A stretch of DNA of 64,000 nt from positions 4,340-68,339 of the forward strand of contig VGEM01000001.1 in NCBI GenBank assembly GCA_016869315.1. The letters run 5' to 3'. The notes beneath the pieces were generated by a model, which saw nothing but the letters and a program-made list of their open reading frames with translations, was not told where the DNA came from and ran no database searches. Shown here one piece after another: positions 17,248 through 25,370 of the stretch (position 1 is its first letter; every line of letters begins with the position of its first letter). Origin of the DNA: Alphaproteobacteria bacterium (lineage in GTDB: Bacteria > Pseudomonadota > Alphaproteobacteria > Rhodospirillales > Rhodospirillaceae). Position numbers and translations under genes: made by a program.

Positions 17248-18746
17248 GAGCGTGGGCCCGTACAATTGTCGGCATCACGGCGTCGGCTCTGCTTGCCACG
17301 GCTGCGGCGGATGCGAAGACGCTGCGGCTCGGGTCCGGCGGCTTGCCGCCGCAGAAGGGCAACCCTTATTTCACCACAGCGACCACGACATACATTTTCT
17401 TTGCCGCGATGTTCGATGCGCTCACCACCATCGACGATCAGGGCGAGGTCCAGCCATGGCTCGCGACCGAGTGGACGACCTTGGAGCCCAATCTCTGGCG
17501 CTTCAAACTGCGCCCTGGCGTGACATTCTCGAATGGCGAGCCGTGCGATGCCGCCGCGGTCAAGGCGACGTTCGACTTTCTGTTGGATCCCAACTTGACC
17601 GGCCAGTCGGTCGCGCAGGATGTCGAGTTCGTCAAAACGGCGCGCGTTGTCGATCCCCTGACGGTTGAGATAGAGACCAAGGCGCCGAACATCTTTCTGC
17701 CGCGATACCTCGCGGGCATGTACATCGTGCCGCGGGAACACTTCGCCAAGGTCGGCCTCGAGGGATTTTCGAGCTCGCCGATCGGTTCCGGCCCCTTCAA
17801 GGTCGATCGCTGGGAGCCGGCCAAAGTCGCGTTCTCGGCGTTCCGCGACTCCTGGCGAGCGCCGAAAATCGACTGGCTCGAAATTCTTGCGTTGCCTGAG
17901 GCGACGGCGCGCATGCAGGCGCTTGAGACGGGGCAAGTGGACGTGGCGATCAACGTCAACCCTGACGACCTCGAGCGCCTGAAGGCCGCCGGGATTCGCT
18001 TTCATCACCGCACGCCAAATCGGATGTGGGTGATTGCCCTCGACAATATTCGCGACGACTCGCCGTTCAAGGATCCGCGCGTGCGTCAGGCCTTGAACTA
18101 CGCCACCAATCGGCAGGCGATTGCCGATACCTTGCTCGGTGGCTTGACCGAGATCGCCAGCCAGCCGGCGACCAAGGTCGCGGTCGGCTACGATTCAAGT
18201 CTTGCGCCCTACCCCTACGACCCCGACAAGGCGCGTGCGCTGCTGAAAGAGGCGGGTCGCGAGAAGGGTTTTTCGTTCCTGATGGAAATCGCCGCCGGCC
18301 AACTCGCCAATGACGGCGCGATCGCTCAGGCCATCGCCCGTGATCTCGCCGCCGTCGGAATCTCGATGGAGGTGCAGGCGATCAATTTTCCGCAGGCGAT
18401 TAGCCGAATGAGTCAGGGCGGCTGGAAGGGTCATGCGTTGCAGACCGATTTCTCGGTCGCCCCGCCGCTCGACTTCCTGCGTGCGCTGGCGCGCCATTCT
18501 TGCGGCTGGTCGGGACCCTGGTTCTGCGACCCCGCGATTGAACCGAAAATCGTCGAAGCTCGCGCGACCTTCGACGCCGGTCGGCGCACGCAGCTGTCGC
18601 AAGAGATCAACCGGCATTATCGCGACGTGGCGTCGAGCTTGTTCCTGTTTCCGGTGGTCACGATCGACGGATTGTCGCCGCGGGTGACAGGCTGGACGCC
18701 ATGGATCGACAATTTCATGTTCCATCTCGCCGAGATAAAGGACTGA
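17244..18746 (+). CDS. ABC transporter substrate-binding protein, family 5 (paralogue)
   Basis: 500-aa ORF with the same blocks (RPGVTFSNGEPCDAA, PIGSGPF, YPYDPDKARALLKEAG). ATGA overlap with the preceding SBP gene. Confidence 0.85.
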   Translation: MRAWARTIVGITASALLATAAADAKTLRLGSGGLPPQKGNPYFTTATTTYIFFAAMFDALTTIDDQGEVQPWLATEWTTLEPNLWRFKLRPGVTFSNGEPCDAAAVKATFDFLLDPNLTGQSVAQDVEFVKTARVVDPLTVEIETKAPNIFLPRYLAGMYIVPREHFAKVGLEGFSSSPIGSGPFKVDRWEPAKVAFSAFRDSWRAPKIDWLEILALPEATARMQALETGQVDVAINVNPDDLERLKAAGIRFHHRTPNRMWVIALDNIRDDSPFKDPRVRQALNYATNRQAIADTLLGGLTEIASQPATKVAVGYDSSLAPYPYDPDKARALLKEAGREKGFSFLMEIAAGQLANDGAIAQAIARDLAAVGISMEVQAINFPQAISRMSQGGWKGHALQTDFSVAPPLDFLRALARHSCGWSGPWFCDPAIEPKIVEARATFDAGRRTQLSQEINRHYRDVASSLFLFPVVTIDGLSPRVTGWTPWIDNFMFHLAEIKD

Positions 18747-18748
18747 AC

Positions 18749-19202
18749 ATGCGCCATGCCTTGGCAGTGCTCTCCGTTTTGACGACGGCGTCGCCGGCCG
18801 CCGCCGCGTCGCTCTCCGATCTCTCGTTCATGTCGGGGTGTTGGACCACGTTGCCCGACGCGCCCGAGACTCTACGCGAGTGTTTCACGGCGCCGCACGC
18901 CGGGTTGATGCAAGGGTCGAGCCAGACCGTGAAGGACGGCGCAAACGCATTCCGGGAGTTCGTCGTCATCTAGCAGGTCGGCGATGCCGTCACCCTATAC
19001 GCCTTACCTCAGAGGCAAGATGTCGGTCAGCTTCACCGCCACCGCGCTCGGCACGGCCGAAGCGGTCTTTGAAAATCTCGCTCACGATTTCCCGAAACGA
19101 ATCGTCTATCGCCGCGTTGCGCCAGACCGGCTCGAGGCCCGCATCGAGGGCGCCCGCCCCAACGACCCCGGCGGGCAGTCTTGGCTAACGAAACGACAGT
19201 AA
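18749..19202 (+). pseudogene. DUF6265-like exported protein, disrupted by in-frame TAG and a frameshift
   Basis: Frame A runs from ATG 18749: MRHALAVLSVLTTASPAAAASLSDLSFMSGCW...FREFVVI, then TAG at 18971-18973, then QVGDAVTLYALPQ. The conserved C-terminus (KMSVSFTAT...AVFENLAHDFPKRIVYRR...LEARIEG) is in the +1 frame (ORF 18984-19202). This implies a 1-nt indel near 19009-19015. Confidence 0.6.
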
Positions 19203-19212
19203 ATTCTACATC

Positions 19213-19236
19213 AAAAATAGGGTCGTACCCTATTTT
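19213..19236. terminator. bidirectional intrinsic terminator candidate
   Basis: AAAATAGGGT-CGT-ACCCTATTTT is a perfect 10-bp inverted repeat. A/T runs flank it on both sides. It lies between convergent genes. Confidence 0.55.
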
Positions 19237-19241
19237 CGACG

Positions 19242-19700
19242 CTATATGCCTCGGGTGGCGGCGAGTTTGGCCATGCCGAGCAGATTGATGGGTCCTTCCA
19301 TCAGGTGAAAGTAGCGCCACCCGTCCGGCTTGCGGCGCAACAGGGCGGTGACGCGGACATCGGCGGCGATGGGCTTGCGCGCGAGTCCGGGCGCGGTTGC
19401 GAGTGTCGCGACCCAGCGGAGATCGTAAGTCACGAGGGCGATGTCCGGTGCGAGCTGCCGGCAGCGATGATTGGCGGTGCGCGATCTGAGGCTGGTCATC
19501 ACCACGCGCGATTTCGACCAATAGGCTTCGATGGCCGGCCATTCAACCAGCGGCGCGGCGGCTTCTTCGGGCATCAGCAACGGAGCCGGATCGTCCTGGT
19601 CCCAGAGCGCGCGCTTGCCGGCGAAGTTCATGCCTTCGGAATAGGACACGTAGCGCTCGATCAACGGCACCACGTCGGCCGCGAGCGCCGCATCGCTCAT
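19242..19700 (-). CDS. NTF2-fold (SnoaL/DUF4440-like) protein
   Basis: 152-aa ORF with a late hydrophobic beta-sheet pattern (VRVTALLRRKPDGWRYFHLMEGP) typical of NTF2-like proteins. Confidence 0.55.
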   Translation of the reverse strand: MSDAALAADVVPLIERYVSYSEGMNFAGKRALWDQDDPAPLLMPEEAAAPLVEWPAIEAYWSKSRVVMTSLRSRTANHRCRQLAPDIALVTYDLRWVATLATAPGLARKPIAADVRVTALLRRKPDGWRYFHLMEGPINLLGMAKLAATRGI

Positions 19701-20164
19701 GATGGCGCCCAGGGCCGCGGTGGAATCGCTTCGAGCCCGTCGGCGGCGATGGCCTCATAGTAGGACTCGAGTTCGAGCAGTGGCGCTCGCGGCGCCTCGG
19801 CATAGTGAACGATCTTCCAACCTTGTGCCGCGCGACGGGCGACCAGTGTCACCCGCATGCGTTCGGTCATGGGGGGCGTGCCTGTGCGCTTCTCGACCAC
19901 GGCGAAGACCGAGGCGACATCGGGCGCGAGCGACCGCGGACGTGGCGCATCGATTCGAAAATCGAGCGCCGTGCCGCGCGCTTCCAGGCCGCGGCGAATG
20001 GCAGGCGGGCCAATCCACGGATCGACTTCGCCGGCATCGAGATATGTCGTCTCGGGGCTGTCTTCGAACAGCGCGGTCAATGCCTCGATATCGCGGCGGC
20101 GCCAGGCTTCCGTCAGTGCGATGAGCAGATCTTGCGCCGGCGCCTCGTTACGGCTCATCGACAA
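19697..20164 (-). CDS. NTF2-fold (SnoaL/DUF4440-like) protein
   Basis: 155-aa ORF. LLIALTEAWRRRDIEALTALF and RVTLVARRAAQGWKIVHYAEAP fit DUF4440/SnoaL-like proteins. ATGA overlap with the downstream paralogue. Confidence 0.55.
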   Translation of the reverse strand: MSMSRNEAPAQDLLIALTEAWRRRDIEALTALFEDSPETTYLDAGEVDPWIGPPAIRRGLEARGTALDFRIDAPRPRSLAPDVASVFAVVEKRTGTPPMTERMRVTLVARRAAQGWKIVHYAEAPRAPLLELESYYEAIAADGLEAIPPRPWAPS

Positions 20165-21701
20165 GCTCGATCTGATCGTAACGGATCACCCCGATGTCCG
20201 AGCGATAGTTGCGCACGCGCGGACCGAGGCCTTCGAAAAACATCAGCTCGTGCATCCAGATGGCCGGCGCTTCGTCGTGATAAGTGCCCATGATCCGCTC
20301 GGTAAGAGCACGCCGCTCGTCGAGGGTTGCGGCGTTATAGGCCTGGTCGACGATGGGCCGGAGCTCTTCGTTGCAATACCAGGCATGGGGGTGAATGCAC
20401 GAGTGCAGCTTCATCGCGCGCAGGGAATCGGTGGTGCGTTGCGCCCCGTAATTGGTGCCAAACGCCGCGTTCCCCCACTCGCCCTGCAGCACGCCGCGAT
20501 TGAGCTGGGGCACGCTGATGAGATGGATCGTCATCTTCACGCCGATTCTCGCGAGATCGGCAGCGACCATCTGATAGCTCTCGGCCATGGCGGCCCCGCC
20601 GCTGGCCGGGACATCCACTTCGAAACTGAATCCCTCCGGGTAACCGGCTTCGGTCAGCATCGCCTTGGCGCGTGCCGCGTCATAAGGATACGGCGCAACC
20701 TGATGATTGAATCCGAACGACGAGGCGACGGCCGGCTGGGACGCCGGCTTGGTCAGGCCGCCGAAGAGCGCCGTGATGTAAGCTTCCTTATTGACGGCAT
20801 AGTTAAGCGCCTGGCGGACGCGCTTGTCGTGTAACGGATGGTCCTTCGGCAATTTGGTCAAAACAAACACCGTCCCGAGCACGCCGGTATCGCGGCTGAT
20901 GAATGCCTTGCCGCCGGCGGCCTCGATCTCCTTGGCGTTCTCGTACCCGATCGACACCACCAGATCGACCCGATCCGACAACACGCCCTGCACCCGCGCC
21001 GGAATTTCGGGCATTTCGATCAGCTCAAGAAAGTCGACCTTGGGCGGACGCCAACCCTCCTTGTGAGCCGCAAAATCGGCGCCGGCCGGATTCCAGCGGA
21101 CAAACTTGAAGGGCCCGGTCCCGATCGGCGCGTCGGCGAAGCCGTCGCGGCCAAGTTGCTGAAAGTGCTCGGGCTCGACGATCGACATCAACTCAAGCGC
21201 GGCCGGCAGCAGAGGTTCGGGCCGCTTGGTGTGGATCAGAACGCTAAAGGGCCCCTCGGCTTCGGCCGACTTAAGCCCATTGAGTTCCCGCGCGGTCGAA
21301 TCGACTTCGTGGCCAGGCCGGGTCAATTGCGCAACTGCAAACACAACCGCGTCGGCCGTGAACGGCTTGCCGTTATGAAAGGTCGCGTTTTGGCGCAACT
21401 TGAAGCGCCAGGTCAGCGGATCAACCGCCTCCCATGAGGTGGCGAGCAGCGGCTCGACCATGCCGTCCTCGGTGACATAGGTCAGCCCCTCGAACATCGC
21501 GCGGAACGTGAAAATATTCGGGATCCCGGTCGTGTTCCAAGGATAGCCCTTGTCGGCGGGAAGAGTGACGATGCCGACCCTCAAGGTCTTCGGTTTCGCC
21601 ACGGCGACCGGCATCGAGTCGGGCGTCGGCGGCGACGAGACCAGAACGATAAGGCCGGCGACCGCCGCGAGGGCCAGTACGGCAATGACGAGACGGCGCA
21701 T
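20148..21701 (-). CDS. ABC transporter substrate-binding protein, family 5
   Basis: The likely start is MRRLVIAVLALAAVAGLIVLV (ATG at 21701). Family-5 blocks are present (NATFHNGKPFTADAV, PIGTGPF, YPYDAARAKAMLTEAGY). Confidence 0.85.
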   Translation of the reverse strand: MRRLVIAVLALAAVAGLIVLVSSPPTPDSMPVAVAKPKTLRVGIVTLPADKGYPWNTTGIPNIFTFRAMFEGLTYVTEDGMVEPLLATSWEAVDPLTWRFKLRQNATFHNGKPFTADAVVFAVAQLTRPGHEVDSTARELNGLKSAEAEGPFSVLIHTKRPEPLLPAALELMSIVEPEHFQQLGRDGFADAPIGTGPFKFVRWNPAGADFAAHKEGWRPPKVDFLELIEMPEIPARVQGVLSDRVDLVVSIGYENAKEIEAAGGKAFISRDTGVLGTVFVLTKLPKDHPLHDKRVRQALNYAVNKEAYITALFGGLTKPASQPAVASSFGFNHQVAPYPYDAARAKAMLTEAGYPEGFSFEVDVPASGGAAMAESYQMVAADLARIGVKMTIHLISVPQLNRGVLQGEWGNAAFGTNYGAQRTTDSLRAMKLHSCIHPHAWYCNEELRPIVDQAYNAATLDERRALTERIMGTYHDEAPAIWMHELMFFEGLGPRVRNYRSDIGVIRYDQIELVDEP

Positions 21702-21773
21702 GTCGAGCTCACGAGTCAGGGATCGGTATGTCGAAGTGTGACCGGGGATCACGTGCCGGACAAGCCCTTCGTC

Positions 21774-24275
21774 TCAGAGCTTGGCGACGTCCCGCTTCAG
21801 TTCGGCAATCAAGTCCCCGCACAGCAGCAGGTGCTTTTGCTCTTCGTCGAGGATCGCCGCGAAGGCCTGCTTTTTGATGGCGCGGGCATCGATGTGGCTC
21901 GCTGCATTTTCGATGCGGGCTGCGTCGAGTACGATGTCGATCAATCGCTCGGCGGCGTGCAGGCGGCCCCACAAATAGTCGTTCTGACGATAGGCGAGAC
22001 TGAAGAACGCTCCGAAGTGATAGAACTGCACGCCCTTGAGGGTTTCCTCGGTGCCGCCGCTGCGCAGCGTCTTGGAGTCCTCGGGACTCAGGCGATCGAT
22101 GCGGATTTCGTCGAACTCATCGAGATCACGCCAGTTGGTGATCGAGAATGTGAGAACGTCCCACACCGCGAAGCCGATGTAGTGTTCGAGCAAAGCGCGC
22201 CGCACGGGGGCGGGGAGCGGCTGGTCGCCGACGCGATCGATCAACGTCATCAGAAGTTCGTCGGCGCGATGGTTGAAGGCCTCGAGCGCGAGATCGTCGC
22301 CTAGTGCCGCAGCCGCCTGCTCCATGGCCGTCGCGTTCTCGGTCGCAATCGATGCCGTACTGCCGAGCGGATCGCGTTCGAGTTTGTGGATCATGGTCTT
22401 GACCATGTCGACGGTCGAAGGCCGAAGTCCGCCTCGCCGTTCACCCATCATCGGCGTGATGCTTGACAAGGGCTGCAGCGCGCCGAGAACATCGTAAAGA
22501 CCCGCCTTGATCCGGTCGAGCGCTTCCGGCTTGAGACCGGCGAGTTCGGGCTCGTGCAGACGGGTATAGAACTGGTTGATGGCGCGAATGACGAAACGAA
22601 GCCGACGCTGACGGTACTTGAGGTCGAAGCGCAGCAGGAACCGCACCCAACGCGCAAGACCGCCGCCTGTGGAATCGACCGGCTTCAGCAGCTCGTCCGG
22701 CTCCGGAATGGTTCCGGTCTGGCGCGCCCAGTTTTCGATCAGCTCGACGATACGCGCGGCTTCCTTCGACTCGCGCGCGTGACCACAGATTTCGGCGACC
22801 AGGCGCGCCATGTCTTCCAGAACTGCCGTCAGTTTCAGACGCAGGTAGCCCTCATAGGCGAAGCCGGTCTCGGTGCGCGCACGCGTGTTGCCGAGATCTC
22901 GAAGACGCCCGAGTTCAATCCCCGTCATCGGCTTGTCGAGGGCATCGCCGGCGATTGACTCGGCGATGTGCTGGATGTGATGCCTCGCGCTTTCGATCAC
23001 CGTTTGCAGGCGGCGAACCTCGGCGTTGTAGTTGTTGACCCAGGTCAGATCGTCATGGATCGGCTCGTTGCGCGGGATATCGGAGAGCGAGCCCTTGATC
23101 GTCTCGAAAAATCCGGGCACCCGGCCCCACTTCCGATTTTCCGCGCCGCGAGGGTGAGGGTCGATATACAGCAATCGCCGGTCGACGTGCCGGTAAGCGG
23201 CGCGACCGCCGATGGCGGCAATGGCCTGGGCGAAAGGTTTGTTGTTGAGCACGCTGCCGTCGATGAACGCGCCCTCGGACGGATTGAGATTGCCAAGAAG
23301 ATAGGGCCGAAAATTCTGGAACAGAAAGTCCGCGCGTGTGCGCCATGACAATCCGCGTTCGGCGATCAGATTATCGATCTCGCTGAACTGCATCGGATTG
23401 AAGGCGCCGGGAAACGACGACGTGGCGCGCGAGGCGAACACCAGGGCCGGCAAATTCTCCCGCTCGAACGACGAGGTTTCGTGCCCTGGCGGCCAGTGGC
23501 GATACGAGAACTTCAACGACTGGCGATGCTCGCGATCCCTGACGACGGGTGGATCATGAATTTTCGTATCGGTGATGTAACCGTAGAAGTCCGTCATGGT
23601 GACGAACAGATCGAGCGATAAACCGGCTGGGATCAGCGAGCTGCCGACGCCGGTCGGGTCGCCCATGGCGGCAAAGCCGTCGTAGAGCACGCGCCCCAGG
23701 CTGTAGCCGTCGAACGGCGGCTTGAACCACCGCGAGCGCAGAAACATCGAGACGTTACGGCGAAGTTCAAGGTTTCCCGCAAAGTCCTCGCGAAACTTCC
23801 GCAGAAACCACCACACGAAGGGGCGAAAGTACCATTTGGTCCAAGAGCGGGCCTTCACATGGGTCGGCATCAACTCGGTCACATCCGAGTACTTGAGCCA
23901 GAAGTCGCGAAGCGGATCGATGTTGAGATCGTGGGCGAGCGCGCGCGCCAGGATCACGCCATTGATTCCCCCGGCCGAAGTCCCGGCGATGATGTCGACA
24001 ACGACGCGGAGGTCGAGATTTTTGCCGATCTCGCGCAACAGATCGAAATACGCGCGCTCGGAATCGGCCGGGTCCTTGCGGTCGGCCTTGACGTCGTCGT
24101 AACTGACGGTCGCGTCCTGGCGGTTGGCGTAGACATGGTAGTCACGCGACGCGCGCACCAGTTTGAGAATTTCCTTGGTGACGCCGTGCATATAGACGGC
24201 GAGCGAAACGCCGCCGTAACAGACCAACGCAAACCGGAGTTCTTTTTCCTTCACCCCGCCCCCTCGGCGTTGCAC
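21774..24275 (-). CDS. large patatin-like phospholipase with DUF3376-type C-terminal domain
   Basis: 833-aa ORF. It has the N-terminal oxyanion region LVCYGGVSLAVYMHG and the nucleophile elbow GTSAGG. The long C-terminal extension ends with the NDYLWGRLHAAERLI block, which I associate with TIGR03607/DUF3376 proteins. Confidence 0.8.
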   Translation of the reverse strand: MQRRGGGVKEKELRFALVCYGGVSLAVYMHGVTKEILKLVRASRDYHVYANRQDATVSYDDVKADRKDPADSERAYFDLLREIGKNLDLRVVVDIIAGTSAGGINGVILARALAHDLNIDPLRDFWLKYSDVTELMPTHVKARSWTKWYFRPFVWWFLRKFREDFAGNLELRRNVSMFLRSRWFKPPFDGYSLGRVLYDGFAAMGDPTGVGSSLIPAGLSLDLFVTMTDFYGYITDTKIHDPPVVRDREHRQSLKFSYRHWPPGHETSSFERENLPALVFASRATSSFPGAFNPMQFSEIDNLIAERGLSWRTRADFLFQNFRPYLLGNLNPSEGAFIDGSVLNNKPFAQAIAAIGGRAAYRHVDRRLLYIDPHPRGAENRKWGRVPGFFETIKGSLSDIPRNEPIHDDLTWVNNYNAEVRRLQTVIESARHHIQHIAESIAGDALDKPMTGIELGRLRDLGNTRARTETGFAYEGYLRLKLTAVLEDMARLVAEICGHARESKEAARIVELIENWARQTGTIPEPDELLKPVDSTGGGLARWVRFLLRFDLKYRQRRLRFVIRAINQFYTRLHEPELAGLKPEALDRIKAGLYDVLGALQPLSSITPMMGERRGGLRPSTVDMVKTMIHKLERDPLGSTASIATENATAMEQAAAALGDDLALEAFNHRADELLMTLIDRVGDQPLPAPVRRALLEHYIGFAVWDVLTFSITNWRDLDEFDEIRIDRLSPEDSKTLRSGGTEETLKGVQFYHFGAFFSLAYRQNDYLWGRLHAAERLIDIVLDAARIENAASHIDARAIKKQAFAAILDEEQKHLLLCGDLIAELKRDVAKL

Positions 24276-24352
24276 CCCGGCAGAGGTAGCACGGTCCGGG
24301 GTGTTCCAGAAACAACAGATACCGAGGTCTCGACGCTGGGCGGCCGCGAACT

Positions 24353-25335
24353 TCAGTCTTCCAGTGGAAACGGGCCATTCGTAAAGACCCGGTCGTGATA
24401 CCCCTTTGAGCCAATCTGCTGCGCGAGGTTGCTCTTGAAGGGGCGCCCGGCGACGAGGTCTGCAAGTTTGCTGAAGAAGTCGTGGCGCGGCCGCCAGCCG
24501 AGTTCGGTGCGCGCCTTCATATTGTCATACACGCGATCGATCGTCGGAAACATGCGCCAGCCGCGACGCTGGAACTCGTCCCGTGCCGCGGGCGCGAGCC
24601 GGTTCAGGACCGCCGATGCATCGACCCGGAGCGCCGCACAGTCGGCGCGTGTGAAGGGCGTGGTCGCACTGATGATGTACCGGCCCCACCCGATCCCGGG
24701 CGCGCGCGCAATGACGAGGTCACAGGCGTCGACAATGTCCTCGATATCGACCCGGCGAAAAAGAAATTCGTTGAGCTGGGTATTGGCATCGTCGAACGCA
24801 CGCCGCCGCGCGGCATCGTCGTCATCTTCGGGAAAGAACCGCGAGGTCCTCAACACAAGACACGGCAGCTGAAATTTGTTATGAAACAGCTCGCACAGCC
24901 CTTCGGCCGCCACTTTGGTGACCCCTTAATGTTCTTGGGCGCGGGCGCGACGGTTTCGTCGATCCATGTCGCTGGCTCGCCAGCAAGACGCGCCGCTGCG
25001 CGGCTGTAAATGCTGGTCGTACTGATGAAAATGAACGCGCCGACTTTGGCCGCGACAGCTTCCTCCAGCAGATTCAGCGTGCCCGTGACGTTGACGTCAA
25101 CGAAGTCCTGACGGGCGTGTGTCGCAACATGGGGTTTGTGCAGTGTCGCCGAATGAATGACGGCATGGACGCCGGCCATGGCGCCCTTCACCACGTTGCG
25201 ATCGGTGATGGAGCCTTGGGCAGATGCGAATGGCGAGGCCTTGACGTCGAGCCCGACCACGTCGTGACGCAAGCCAAGACCGCGAACCAAGCCCTCGCCG
25301 AGATGGCCGGCGCTGCCGGTAACGAGAATTTTCAA
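24353..25335 (-). pseudogene. NAD-dependent epimerase/dehydratase (extended SDR), frameshifted at the catalytic YxxxK motif
   Basis: The N-part (ORF 24850-25335) reads MKILVTGSAGHLGEGL...APKNIKG. The C-part (ORF 24353-24913) reads ...VTKVAAEGLCELFHNKFQLPCLVLRTSRFFPE. In the C-part frame, TAA (24926-24928) sits where the Tyr of Y-G-V-T-K is expected. The N-part is one base out of frame. Confidence 0.75.
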
Positions 25336-25370
25336 ATGATCCCCGGCGTACGTCGCCTTGTCGACACGCC

